The notes below the pieces were generated by a model that saw only the letters and a program-made list of their open reading frames with translations, was not told where the DNA came from and did not search any database. Source: Pseudomonadota bacterium (GTDB lineage Bacteria; Pseudomonadota; Alphaproteobacteria; Sphingomonadales; CAKZYD01). Taken from it: a stretch of 56,903 bases of DNA. The stretch lies in contig JBCCLR010000003.1 in NCBI GenBank assembly GCA_039026755.1, forward strand, positions 1-56,903, written 5' to 3'. Shown piece after piece: positions 9,938 to 19,716 of this stretch (its first letter is position 1; each line of letters starts with the position of its first letter). A program made the position numbers and the translations under genes.

Positions 9938-10493
9938 ATCTATCATCCAACAGGGGTGCACCGTCGCCAAAATGGGCGATTGGGGTATAGTGTGCGCCCT
10001 GCGTTCCAAGTGTACTCATAAATAAAGTGAAGTGGTCCACCCGCCATGTCGGCGTTTTAAAGCCGCATGCCGCTTGTAAAAAACTATCCAGAGAACCGTG
10101 GCGACCGCTAAACCGGGCAAGCGTGATGTGTGGTTCAAACTGCCGACGATCTGGCGCTATGTCGGCCCGCGATAACAGCGCTTGGTCTATTTTGTTGTGT
10201 AGTGCAGTGAGCGCTATGCGCGGTTTCACGCCTGCCCAAAGCGCCCGCGCTTTACTAAGTTTACCAAACAGCCCTACGCCTTCGCCGTACACGTCAAATG
10301 GCGCGAAAGACACCCGGTCTAATGCGCTTTCCACGTCGCTTGCGACAGCACCATCCACATCGCCGATAAAACGCAAGGTCATGTGCAGCTGGTCTGCGCT
10401 TTGCCAGCGTGCCTTCGTGACACCGCCTTGTGTCCACAGGAGTGTTTGTTTGATATTCTCGGGAATGGCGAGCCCAACAAATAAACGTGGCAT
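9912..10493 (-). CDS. thpR: RNA 2',3'-cyclic phosphodiesterase (2H family)
   Basis: MPRLFVG start; two HxT motifs (HMTLRF, HITLAR); RBS GGAGG-like. Confidence 0.88.
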   Translation of the reverse strand: MPRLFVGLAIPENIKQTLLWTQGGVTKARWQSADQLHMTLRFIGDVDGAVASDVESALDRVSFAPFDVYGEGVGLFGKLSKARALWAGVKPRIALTALHNKIDQALLSRADIAPDRRQFEPHITLARFSGRHGSLDSFLQAACGFKTPTWRVDHFTLFMSTLGTQGAHYTPIAHFGDGAPLLDDRFIFVSAGD

Positions 10494-10518
10494 GGCGACC
10501 TCTTGGCGATAACGCAGG

Positions 10519-12438
10519 TTATTGCATTGAGCGTGATGCGGTATCACTTTCCTGTAAAGCATTAAATGCGCGCCGGTCTGCGCGCAGTAAGGGTGCCGGG
10601 TTTTCACCTGCTTGCGCCGCTGCGATAAAATCCCCCCAGAGCCGTGCCGGCATGCCGCCGCCGGTGAGACCTTTGACCGATTTGTTATCGTCACGACCAA
10701 TCCAAACCGCCGCAGTAAGGCGGTCTGAGAATCCCACAAACCAGCCATCTTGGCCGTTTTGCGTGGTGCCCGTCTTGCCTGCGATGGGCCGCCCGGCGGT
10801 GCGCGCATTTCTGCCCGTCCCTTGCTCAACAGCAAGCTGCATCAGCCGCGCCATCTGCCAGGCAATCCGGCGTTCAAGCACGCGCGTGCCTTGGTCATCC
10901 ATGGGGACTTCAACCGGCTGAATGACGCCGCCGCGCGGACCGCGCACTTGGGCAATCGCATAGGGCCGCACTTTCATGCCGCCATTGGCAATGACTGCAT
11001 AGGCTGCCGCAAGTTCGACCACATGCACTTCAGATGTGCCGAGCGCAATACTCGGCTCGACCACAATCGGCGTGGTCAGGCCAAGGCGGCGGGCCATGCT
11101 TGCAACCTTGGGCCGGTCAACGCGCTCACCAAGCTTAACAGCGATGGTGTTGACGGACCGGGAATAAGCATCAGCAAGCGTAATCAGCCGCCCGGAATAT
11201 CCGCCGCCATAGTTCTTTGGCGCATAAGAGCCCAGCTGGATGGGCGTATCGCGCAGCTTACTGGCGGGCTCTAGGCCGTTTTCAAGCGCGGCAAGATACA
11301 CAAATGTTTTAAACGCTGAGCCGGGCTGGCGCACGGCTTGCGTCGCCCGGTTATAGCTGCTTCTGGTGTAATCACGTCCACCCACCAGCGCGCGTACGGC
11401 GCCAGTATCGTCAAGTGCCGCTAGCGCCACTTGCAACGCAGCGGTTGGCGCATGCCCTTCCGGCAAGTGAGCTTTTACGGCATTTTGTGCAGCCGCCTGG
11501 GCCTTAAGATCGAGCGTCGTTTTCACCTTAAGGCGCATATCGCCCGCCGGATAGCGCGATCGCACCCGCGCGGAGACCCAATCGGTAAAATAGCGCAGCT
11601 GGGGGTCGCCCGCCGTCTGCACAAGGTTAATTGGAATTGCGGCAACCAGCTTTGCCTCACTGGCGGAAATAAAACCTTCTTCAGCCATTGCGGCAAGCAC
11701 CAGTGCGCGCCGATCAAGCGCTGCCTGCAAATCCACTTTTGGCGATAACCGTGATGGTGCTTTGACAATGCCGGCGAGCAATGCTGCTTCGCCAAGCGAC
11801 AAATTTCGGGCAGTTTTGCCGAAGAAGCGGAAACTGGCCGCCTCAATGCCATAGGCCCCAGACCCAAGATAAACCCGGTTCAGATACGCCGCGAGAATAT
11901 CCTGCTTAGAATACCGATGTTCCAGCGCAATCGACATCATCGCCTCGCGCAGCTTGCGGGTAAGCGTTCGGCTCGGGTCGAGATATAGGTTTTTTGCCAG
12001 TTGCTGAGTGATGGTGCTGCCACCTTCGGTAACGGCGCCAGCGCGAAAATTGCTGAGTGCTGCTCTGGCAATACTGCGAAAATCAAGCCCGCCATGCTGG
12101 AAGAACCGTCGGTCTTCAATAGCGATCATCGCGTCAATCATATCTGGCGGAATATCGGCATAGTCCACCCAATCACCTTGGTTAGGCCCATAATTGGCCA
12201 GCACCTCGCCAGTACTCGCAACAATTTGGACTGGCGCAGCGCCACTTGCCACCAGCGCCTCTTTCGGGTCAGTCAGGGTGCCTGACAGGTATAAAATCAT
12301 GGCGTAGGTGGCGACCAGGCAGGCCGCGCAGCCAATGATGCCGTAGACAAAAACCCATTTGAAAATAGCCCACAACCAGCCGCCGGAGGCAGCCTGTGGT
12401 GCAGGTTTCTTAGCGGTTTTTTTTACTCGTCTTGTCAA
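10519..12438 (-). CDS. Class A penicillin-binding protein (transglycosylase/transpeptidase)
   Basis: EDRRFFQHGG, GGSTITQQLAKN and RKLRE motifs; SAFK (SxxK), SVN and KTGT. Confidence 0.92.
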   Translation of the reverse strand: MTRRVKKTAKKPAPQAASGGWLWAIFKWVFVYGIIGCAACLVATYAMILYLSGTLTDPKEALVASGAAPVQIVASTGEVLANYGPNQGDWVDYADIPPDMIDAMIAIEDRRFFQHGGLDFRSIARAALSNFRAGAVTEGGSTITQQLAKNLYLDPSRTLTRKLREAMMSIALEHRYSKQDILAAYLNRVYLGSGAYGIEAASFRFFGKTARNLSLGEAALLAGIVKAPSRLSPKVDLQAALDRRALVLAAMAEEGFISASEAKLVAAIPINLVQTAGDPQLRYFTDWVSARVRSRYPAGDMRLKVKTTLDLKAQAAAQNAVKAHLPEGHAPTAALQVALAALDDTGAVRALVGGRDYTRSSYNRATQAVRQPGSAFKTFVYLAALENGLEPASKLRDTPIQLGSYAPKNYGGGYSGRLITLADAYSRSVNTIAVKLGERVDRPKVASMARRLGLTTPIVVEPSIALGTSEVHVVELAAAYAVIANGGMKVRPYAIAQVRGPRGGVIQPVEVPMDDQGTRVLERRIAWQMARLMQLAVEQGTGRNARTAGRPIAGKTGTTQNGQDGWFVGFSDRLTAAVWIGRDDNKSVKGLTGGGMPARLWGDFIAAAQAGENPAPLLRADRRAFNALQESDTASRSMQ

Positions 12439-12596
12439 AGCGCAAGCCCATGTTTTGCGCGGCCATTTGAGCCTTCATAGAGTATCTTGCCGTGCAATGG
12501 CACCCCCGCTGGCCCACTCTCCTTGAAAAGCCATGGCAACTGAGCTGCTTTTCACGCTAGGGTGTGCGCGCAAAAAACTGACCTAGGGGGACAGTC

Positions 12597-13142
12597 GTGG
12601 CTCAAAAACCGCCGCGCGCACGGGCCGTACAAGCGATGAAGCAGGTGTTTGCGCAACATGGTTATGAAGGCGCCAGTTTAACAGCCCTAGGCAAAGCCGG
12701 CGGACTTAGCAAAGCGGGCCTATATCATCATTTCCCTGGCGGCAAGGCAGACATGGCCAGCCAAGTCCTGGTGGCGTCAGGAAAAGATTTCACCCGGCTC
12801 GTCCTGGCGCCGCTGCGCTCCAAGGATCCGGCGGCGGAACGCTTGTACGCAATGCTCGATGGGCTCAATACATACTATCAAAGCGGCACAATCAATTGTT
12901 TGATGAACACACTCGCCTTGGGTGAAGGATTGCCGGCTTTTGGGCCCAATATAAAAGCGGCGATCAGCGCGTGGCTTGCCGCACTTACGCCAACGCTTGA
13001 AGAGCTTGGTGAAGCCGATGGGGCGCATGCCGCGCGCACCTTGGTCGCAACCGTGCATGGCGCACTTATTCAGACACGGCTGTTTGACGACCCGGGCTTT
13101 TTTACCGAAATGCTCACCACCTATCGCCGCCGCTACCGTTAA
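12597..13142 (+). CDS. TetR/AcrR family transcriptional regulator
   Basis: N-terminal HTH: F..HGYEGASL...GLSKAGLYHHFPGGK. Confidence 0.88.
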   Translation: MAQKPPRARAVQAMKQVFAQHGYEGASLTALGKAGGLSKAGLYHHFPGGKADMASQVLVASGKDFTRLVLAPLRSKDPAAERLYAMLDGLNTYYQSGTINCLMNTLALGEGLPAFGPNIKAAISAWLAALTPTLEELGEADGAHAARTLVATVHGALIQTRLFDDPGFFTEMLTTYRRRYR

Positions 13143-14515
13143 CGCGGCCAGTGGGCGTGATGCGCATCAATGACAAACGCATGCGCATGGCGCACCGGCG
13201 CATGGTAATGCGGATGGGCATGCGGCTCTGGGCCTTCCCAGCCCTCATGCGCATGTTGGTGATGGGCGTCATGCACATGCAAATGCGTATGGTCGAGCGC
13301 ACAGTGCTGGTGCTCCAGGGTCTCTGGGTCCCGCGCCGGCCAGACGCGCGAGGCACACAGCATTGCCACACACGCAATGCCAGCAAGCATAAGAAAGGCC
13401 GTTGGTAGGCCAAAATCCGCGCCGAGCCAGCCGGCAAGCACATAGGTCAGCAAAAAGCAGGCGTGTGATAGCGAAAATTGCGCGGCGAAGAAAGCAGGCC
13501 GATCGCCTTGCTGAGCCGAGCGCCGCAGTAATCTGCCACTTGGTGTAGTGATCGCCGCGTAACCTGCGCCAAGGATGACCCATATCGCCAGTGCCGGGGC
13601 AAAACCAGGCATGACAGCGCCGCAGCATAAGCCTATGAGCATCGCGGCGCCGCCACTAAGCATGACAGTTCGGTCCGGCAGGCGCTGCAAAAGACGGGGC
13701 AGCAAAAATGCCATGCAGATAGAGCCAGTGCCATAGGCCGCAAGCAACGCAGCGAGGTAGCCTTCCCCGAGGCCAAGCGAACCGCGCACATACACGACAG
13801 AATTGACAATCACCATCGCGCCGCCACTTGCCGCGGCTAAAGACATGGCAAAGAGGCCGCGCAGCCGCGGCGTCGCCAAAAAACTGCGCAAGCCAAAAAG
13901 CGCCTGCGCTGCCGTGCTGCGGGCCGCAAACACGGGTGCTTGCAGCGGCAGTTTCGACCAAACAATAAGCGCTGCTGAGATAAGAAAAGCAGTGGCATTC
14001 AATGTGAAGAGGGCGTCAAAACTGACCAGGAGAAGCGCGGCGCCAGCCAATGCCGGGCTCACCAGAGCCTCAAAATCATAGGCCAAACGCGACAGCGAAA
14101 GCGCCTTGGTATAGCGCGCTTCATCCTCAAACACATCAGGAATAACGGCCTGGAACGTGGGCGTAAAACACGCAGAACACGCCTGCATGAAAAAGATAAG
14201 CGCATATATGTGCCAGAGTTGCGACACGAACGGCAGCGTGCCCACGCATATGGCCCGCAACAGGTCCAGACCAATCAAAAGGCGCTTGCGCGGCAGCATG
14301 GTCGTGAGGCTGGAGGCAAGCGGCGAGAGCATTACGTAAGCCACCATCTTAATCGCGAGCGCTGTACCCAGAACTTTCCCGGCCTCAGCGCCGGCAAGCT
14401 GAAAAGCGAGCAAAGCGAGCGCGACCGTCGTCAGGCCGGTACCCAGCAAGGCAATGACTTGCGCAGCAAATAAGCGCGCATAGAGCGGGTTGCGCAGTGG
14501 CTCAAACATCGACAT
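13139..14515 (-). CDS. MFS transporter with His-rich C-terminal tail (NreB-like metal exporter)
   Basis: About 12 TM segments; tail HQH..HTHLHVHDAHHQHAH..HAHPHYH..HAHAFVIDAHHAHWP. Confidence 0.8.
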   Translation of the reverse strand: MSMFEPLRNPLYARLFAAQVIALLGTGLTTVALALLAFQLAGAEAGKVLGTALAIKMVAYVMLSPLASSLTTMLPRKRLLIGLDLLRAICVGTLPFVSQLWHIYALIFFMQACSACFTPTFQAVIPDVFEDEARYTKALSLSRLAYDFEALVSPALAGAALLLVSFDALFTLNATAFLISAALIVWSKLPLQAPVFAARSTAAQALFGLRSFLATPRLRGLFAMSLAAASGGAMVIVNSVVYVRGSLGLGEGYLAALLAAYGTGSICMAFLLPRLLQRLPDRTVMLSGGAAMLIGLCCGAVMPGFAPALAIWVILGAGYAAITTPSGRLLRRSAQQGDRPAFFAAQFSLSHACFLLTYVLAGWLGADFGLPTAFLMLAGIACVAMLCASRVWPARDPETLEHQHCALDHTHLHVHDAHHQHAHEGWEGPEPHAHPHYHAPVRHAHAFVIDAHHAHWPR

Positions 14516-14605
14516 GTTACGTAGCGGATGGCGCTAGGCAGCGCAACGCCGCGCAGCGGTGCAGGCCAGAGAAACCGAAGGGCCACAAGGACGGGGGGAA
14601 AAGAC

Positions 14606-15733
14606 ATGCAGAAGTGGGTATCAATCGCGGCACTAACGACAGCGGCGGCGTTAGCCGGTTGCAGCGGAGATGCCGGACGACCGTTCTCAAGCGCACAAAC
14701 CGGCGGGGATACGCCGGTGCTGGTGCAGCCAGACGGCAGCTACCCGACGCGGCCGCTGGAAAAAGATACCGTGGTCGTAAAGGTATTGCAGACCACTGTG
14801 AGCTCTTTGCAAGACGCGCCAAGCATCCAACAGGGCCTGGATCAAAACCTGGCACATATGGAAGAGATGGCGGAAAAAGCCTGTTCAACCGGTAAAAAGC
14901 CAGACTTTCTCTTGTATCATGAGTTTCCCCTGACCGGGTATTCCAGCGGGACGCGCGATGAAAAGCTGAAATATACGGTGCAAATTCCCGGGCCGGAAAC
15001 GGACCGCTTAGGCAAGGTTGCAAAAGCCTGTGACAGCTACCTGATCTTCGGAACCTATGCCACCGACGCTGATTGGCCGGGCCATATTCTGTCGATCAAC
15101 GCCGTAATCAACCGGGACGGCATGGTCGTTAAAAAGTTCTGGAAATCCAGAAATATCAAAAATTACTCTGAGAAAACCGAGATCCCAACAACAACGGTTG
15201 AAAATGTACGCGACAAATATCGCGCCATGTATGGCATTGATGAAGAATTTCCCGTGCTGCAAACCGAATATGGCAACATTGCCGTCTCGACCGTGCAATG
15301 GGATCCGTTTGTGTTTGCCGCCTTTGCCATGAAAGGCACGGAAATCATGTTCCGAACCGCTACGCTGTTTCAAGAAAATGATGTGACAGCCATGGCCAAA
15401 GCCAATGACTTTTACTCGACCATGGCCAATATCGCCTTTGATGTCCCCGGCTATAAAGCGGGCGAAAGCGTGATCGTCGATAACAAAGGCAAGCTGATGG
15501 CTAAATCGCTGTCAAAGACCGAGGATGACATTATTGAAGCCGAAATACCTATTGCCGCGTTCCGAAAAAACCGGCGTTTGCCCAGCTTCGCTCTTGAAAT
15601 GTCGATGCCCGTGATCAGCCAATACGTGCAAGAACACCCCCTCAACCACCTTGACTTACCGGCGGGCGAATTGCCGCAAACTGGTGAGGATATGAAGGCT
15701 CTGCTAAACGGCGTAAGCCGTTACGACAACTGA
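14606..15733 (+). CDS. Lipoprotein of the carbon-nitrogen hydrolase (nitrilase) superfamily
   Basis: Lipobox LAGC; HEFPLTG (catalytic Glu), K.WK (Lys) and G.S.IVD..G fold motifs; ATG at 14606 after a purine-rich RBS. Confidence 0.75.
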   Translation: MQKWVSIAALTTAAALAGCSGDAGRPFSSAQTGGDTPVLVQPDGSYPTRPLEKDTVVVKVLQTTVSSLQDAPSIQQGLDQNLAHMEEMAEKACSTGKKPDFLLYHEFPLTGYSSGTRDEKLKYTVQIPGPETDRLGKVAKACDSYLIFGTYATDADWPGHILSINAVINRDGMVVKKFWKSRNIKNYSEKTEIPTTTVENVRDKYRAMYGIDEEFPVLQTEYGNIAVSTVQWDPFVFAAFAMKGTEIMFRTATLFQENDVTAMAKANDFYSTMANIAFDVPGYKAGESVIVDNKGKLMAKSLSKTEDDIIEAEIPIAAFRKNRRLPSFALEMSMPVISQYVQEHPLNHLDLPAGELPQTGEDMKALLNGVSRYDN

Positions 15734-15802
15734 GCAGTGCCCGCAGATAACGGGCCTGCATGCGTCTGGCCTCATGTTTGACAAAAGGCGTCTAACCTTG
15801 TG

Positions 15803-16690
15803 TTACCGCGTCGGCTCGGGCTCGCCATCAACCCGGTAATCATAAAAGCCCCGGCTGGTTTTTTGTCCAAGCCAGCCGGCCTCAACATATTTAACCAGCA
15901 GTGGGCATGGCCGATATTTTGAATCCGCCAAGCCCTCATAGAGCACCTGCATGATCGCTAGGCAGGTATCAAGCCCAATGAAATCGGCGAGCTGCAGCGG
16001 GCCCATGGGGTGGTTGGCGCCGAGCTTCATTGCTGCATCAATGGCCGCGACCGAGCCGACGCCTTCATACAGCGTATACACCGCTTCATTGATCATCGGC
16101 ACCAAGATGCGGTTCACAATAAACGCGGGAAAGTCCTCAGAATTTACCACGACCTTGCCGAGGTTTTTCGCCAGGCCGGTTACGCTTTCAAAGGTTGCTT
16201 GGTCCGTTTGAATGCCGCGAATAACCTCCACCAGCTTCATCAGCGGCACAGGGTTCATGAAGTGCATCCCCATGAACTTTTCCGGCCGGTCTGTGACTGA
16301 TGCAAGCCGGGTGATCGACAGCGAAGAGGTATTCGTGGCGATCAGCGCGTCTTTATTCAGGTCTTGGCACAGCGTTTCTAAAATTTGCTTTTTGACCGCC
16401 TCTTGTTCCGTGGCGGCCTCAACGGCAATATCAACATCTTTAAGCTGATCAAGACTATCACTTGGCGTAATCCGCTTGAGCGCCGCCGCCATGTCCGTGA
16501 CAGAGATTTGGTTCTTTGCCACCTGGCGCTGCATATTGCGCTCAATCCGGCCAATGCCTGCGCCGGCGCGCTCTATATCAACATCTGAGATGATAACATC
16601 CAGCCCCGACAAGGCGGCCACATGGGCGATGCCATTGCCCATTTGCCCTGCCCCGATAACCCCCATCGATTTCATGCCTTTATACTCCAT
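15803..16690 (-). CDS. hbd: 3-hydroxybutyryl-CoA dehydrogenase
   Basis: GAGQMG, VEAATE, NTSS, MHFMNP, FIVNR, PMGPLQLAD; start may be 16690 or 16675. Confidence 0.9.
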   Translation of the reverse strand: MEYKGMKSMGVIGAGQMGNGIAHVAALSGLDVIISDVDIERAGAGIGRIERNMQRQVAKNQISVTDMAAALKRITPSDSLDQLKDVDIAVEAATEQEAVKKQILETLCQDLNKDALIATNTSSLSITRLASVTDRPEKFMGMHFMNPVPLMKLVEVIRGIQTDQATFESVTGLAKNLGKVVVNSEDFPAFIVNRILVPMINEAVYTLYEGVGSVAAIDAAMKLGANHPMGPLQLADFIGLDTCLAIMQVLYEGLADSKYRPCPLLVKYVEAGWLGQKTSRGFYDYRVDGEPEPTR

Positions 16691-16734
16691 TTGCTGCAGC
16701 GCACCCTCCGCGCGCAGCACTGCGTTAGCTACAT

Positions 16735-16774
16735 ACAAAATAGGCTAGACCAGCGATAGCGCCAATCTAGCCTA
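16735..16774 (-). terminator. Stem-loop between etfA and hbd, possible terminator or processing site
   Basis: TAGGCTAGA...TCTAGCCTA inverted repeat followed by TTTTGT on the minus strand. Confidence 0.45.
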
Positions 16775-16823
16775 ATATATTGAATTTTCCGCAACACCCT
16801 TGATGCTGCGGCCAGTAATCCGC

Positions 16824-17753
16824 TTAGACTTTGTTGGTCAATTCGGGAATTGCCTCAAACAAATCGGCGACAAGACCGTAGTCAGCAACAGAAAAGATCG
16901 GCGCTTCTTCATCCTTGTTGATCGCCACGATGACCTTCGAGTCCTTCATGCCAGCCAGATGCTGAATGGCGCCGGAGATGCCAACTGCGATATACAGGTT
17001 AGGCGCTACAATTTTACCGGTTTGACCGACTTGATAGTCATTGGGCACATAGCCTGCATCCACTGCCGCGCGTGATGCGCCAACAGCAGCATTGAGTTTA
17101 TCGGCCAGCGCTTCAATGATATCGAAGTTTTCACCCGAGCCCATGCCGCGGCCGCCTGATACGATAATATCGGCTGACGTAAGCTCTGGACGGTCAGATT
17201 TAGACAGTTCCTCACCAATAAAGCTGGACTTTCCGCTGTCACCCGCGCCGGACACTGCTTCGACAGCAGCGCTGCCGCCTTCTGCGGCAGCTTTATCAAA
17301 ACCGGTGGTGCGCACGGTAATGACTTTTTTGCCACTTCCCACTTGGACTGTTGCAATAGCATTACCCGCGTAAATAGGGCGCTCAAACGTACTTGCGTCA
17401 ATCACAGCGGTAATGTCGGAGATCTGCGGCACATCCAGTTTCGCAGCAACGCGCGGCATGATGTTTTTACCGGTTGTGTTCGCTGCGGCCAAAACGCCGT
17501 CATAGCCATCCATCAATCCGAGAATAAGCGGTGCGACATTTTCCGCCATAGCGTGTTCATAGGCAGCATCATCGGCAAGCAAAACTTTCGATACGCCCGA
17601 CACTTGAGCCGCGGCATCGGCGGCAGCGCTGCAGTTGGTGCCCGCAACCAGAACATGCACGTCACTATCCACTGCCGCTGCAGCGGTGACGACATTAAGC
17701 GTGCTATCACGCAGCGCCTGATTATCATGATCTGCAAAAACCAAAACGGTCAT
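16824..17753 (-). CDS. etfA: Electron transfer flavoprotein alpha subunit
   Basis: [39 protein letters not shown]. Confidence 0.96.
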   Translation of the reverse strand: MTVLVFADHDNQALRDSTLNVVTAAAAVDSDVHVLVAGTNCSAAADAAAQVSGVSKVLLADDAAYEHAMAENVAPLILGLMDGYDGVLAAANTTGKNIMPRVAAKLDVPQISDITAVIDASTFERPIYAGNAIATVQVGSGKKVITVRTTGFDKAAAEGGSAAVEAVSGAGDSGKSSFIGEELSKSDRPELTSADIIVSGGRGMGSGENFDIIEALADKLNAAVGASRAAVDAGYVPNDYQVGQTGKIVAPNLYIAVGISGAIQHLAGMKDSKVIVAINKDEEAPIFSVADYGLVADLFEAIPELTNKV

Positions 17754-17755
17754 GG

Positions 17756-18505
17756 CTAGAGTACTCCCTCATTTTTTAGTGCGTCTACCAGCGCGTCTAC
17801 GGTTTCTACTTTAATGCCCGCCTCGCGCTTGGGCGGCTCTGTCACCTTCACAATGGTCAATTGCGGAGTGAGGTCAACGCCGTAATCCGCCGCAGTCTTC
17901 TCATCAATCGGCTTTTTCTTGGCTTTCATGATATTGGGCAACGATGCATAGCGTGGCTCATTCAGGCGCAGGTCGGTCGTCACGATGGCTGGCAAGCTGA
18001 GCTTGATGGTTTGCAGCCCGCCATCAATTTCGCGCGTCACGGTCACGTCGCCATCGCCGGGATTAACTTCAGATGCGAACGTTGCCTGCGGATAATCCAG
18101 TAAAGCGGCAAGCATCTGGCCAGTTTGGTTAGCGTCATTATCAATCGCTTGCTTGCCAAGAATGATGAGTTCCGGGGCTTCATCCCCGACGATGCCTTTC
18201 AGCACTTTGGCAACCGCCAATGGCTCCACATCGGCATCGTCTGCAAGCACCAGAATGCCGCGATCAGCCCCCATGGCAAGCCCGGTGCGAATTGTCTCCT
18301 GCGCCTGTTTCGGCCCAATCGACACCAAGATGATTTCACTTACCGCGCCTTTTTCTTTGAGGCGTACAGCTTCTTCAACCGCAATTTCATCAAACGGGTT
18401 CATTGACATTTTAACGTTTGCAAGCTCGACACCGCTTTGATCCGGCTTGACCCGAACCTTCACATTGTAGTCTACCACCCGCTTGACCGGGACCAGAACC
18501 TTCAT
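17756..18505 (-). CDS. etfB: Electron transfer flavoprotein beta subunit
   Basis: [31 protein letters not shown]. Confidence 0.96.
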   Translation of the reverse strand: MKVLVPVKRVVDYNVKVRVKPDQSGVELANVKMSMNPFDEIAVEEAVRLKEKGAVSEIILVSIGPKQAQETIRTGLAMGADRGILVLADDADVEPLAVAKVLKGIVGDEAPELIILGKQAIDNDANQTGQMLAALLDYPQATFASEVNPGDGDVTVTREIDGGLQTIKLSLPAIVTTDLRLNEPRYASLPNIMKAKKKPIDEKTAADYGVDLTPQLTIVKVTEPPKREAGIKVETVDALVDALKNEGVL

Positions 18506-18668
18506 CCTGTTATTCTCCTAATTTGCATGTCTCACCAGGCTGCAGCGGGCCGTGGCAAAAAACCTTCACCTGTCGTTATGGACCTGTGATTAGCGTAGTC
18601 GTATTTAGGGAGTCAATTAACGCTTATGCTGGTTTTTAGCGCAATTCTCAAAATGCCGCAGGGCAGCT

Positions 18669-19235
18669 TTAACGATTGGCGCCAGGCACCCACAGAACAT
18701 CGCCGCTGCCGCGTGCATTGATATAGCGGCTGAGCACGAAAAAGTGGTCAGACAGCCGGTTCATATAGCGCAGCGCCGCTGGATTGATGGCTTCATCCTG
18801 CATCGCAAGCGTAATGCCGCGTTCCGCCCGGCGTGCCACCGTGCGGGCCAGGTGCAAATAAGAGGACGCCGCATCGCCGCCCGGCAGCACGAAGGATTTC
18901 AGTGGCTCCAGCTCTTCATTCATGGCGTCGATTTCGCTTTCAAGGCGATCAACCTGGCTGGCCTGGACGCGCAATTCCATTTCGCCGCCCGCGAAATTCT
19001 CCCCCGGCGTTGCCAAATCCGCGCCCACGTCAAACAGGTCATTTTGGATGCGCGAGAGCATGTCATCAATGTCGCCGCTGGTGTGCAGCCTGGCGATACC
19101 AACAACTGAATTGGTCTCATCCACCGTGCCATAGGCATCAATACGCGGCGCATGCTTTGGGCGGCGCGAGCCATCCACCAGCGATGTCTCGCCTTTATCG
19201 CCGCCGCGGGTGTAAATTTTTGTCAGTGTAACCAT
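18669..19235 (-). CDS. ATP:cob(I)alamin adenosyltransferase (PduO type)
   Basis: KIYTRGGDKG.T, YGTVDE.N, Q.DLFD.G, R...RRAER, NRLSD. Confidence 0.92.
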   Translation of the reverse strand: MVTLTKIYTRGGDKGETSLVDGSRRPKHAPRIDAYGTVDETNSVVGIARLHTSGDIDDMLSRIQNDLFDVGADLATPGENFAGGEMELRVQASQVDRLESEIDAMNEELEPLKSFVLPGGDAASSYLHLARTVARRAERGITLAMQDEAINPAALRYMNRLSDHFFVLSRYINARGSGDVLWVPGANR

Positions 19236-19248
19236 ATGGCGCCTTGCC

Positions 19249-19443
19249 TTAATCCGCTGCGATCGCAAGCATGATGAGAACCAACACGACCGTCGCCGCC
19301 TGAGCCACTACCCGCGCTTGCATCATTTTATTGGATTGCTTGCCGGTGATGTCACTGCCGCGCGCCATGGTTATAATCCCAGTGATTAAGATGCCCGCCG
19401 TCAAAATGGCAAAGACAATAACCAATATCAGCATCACGTTCAT
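19249..19443 (-). CDS. Twin transmembrane helix small protein (HIG1-like)
   Basis: Two TM helices with SNKMMQARV..Q; usual position upstream of pduO-etfB. Confidence 0.85.
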   Translation of the reverse strand: MNVMLILVIVFAILTAGILITGIITMARGSDITGKQSNKMMQARVVAQAATVVLVLIMLAIAAD

Positions 19444-19621
19444 GGTGGGCCGCTTTCCTCACGGATAACAAAAGTGCTGGCACAGTGCGCTGTACCGAGG
19501 CTCTCCCCTATGTAGCCTTCCTAACAGTACTGTCTAGACATCCGTGCGTATTGCACACATAACGCTGGCGCGACGATCTGCCTCGGTCAGCTGCACCTAT
19601 TGCAATAAAAGCTTCGCCATT

Positions 19622-19650
19622 TGGTCATGTTGCTGTCATCGCAATGCCCA
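19622..19650 (+). promoter_or_regulatory. Candidate Pho box
   Basis: TGGTCAT-N4-CTGTCAT with an 11-bp period, upstream of the TBDR-phoD-glpQ operon. Confidence 0.6.
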
Positions 19651-19716
19651 ACACGTGGGCCCAACGTGCTAGCGCGACATCGCCGTGCGGCTATAAATCG
19701 TAGAGGACGCACTCAC

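Noticed and set aside
9912-10835. 307-aa extended ThpR
   Set aside because: The extension overlaps the PBP gene by more than 300 bp; the family-typical start MPRLFV is at 10493.
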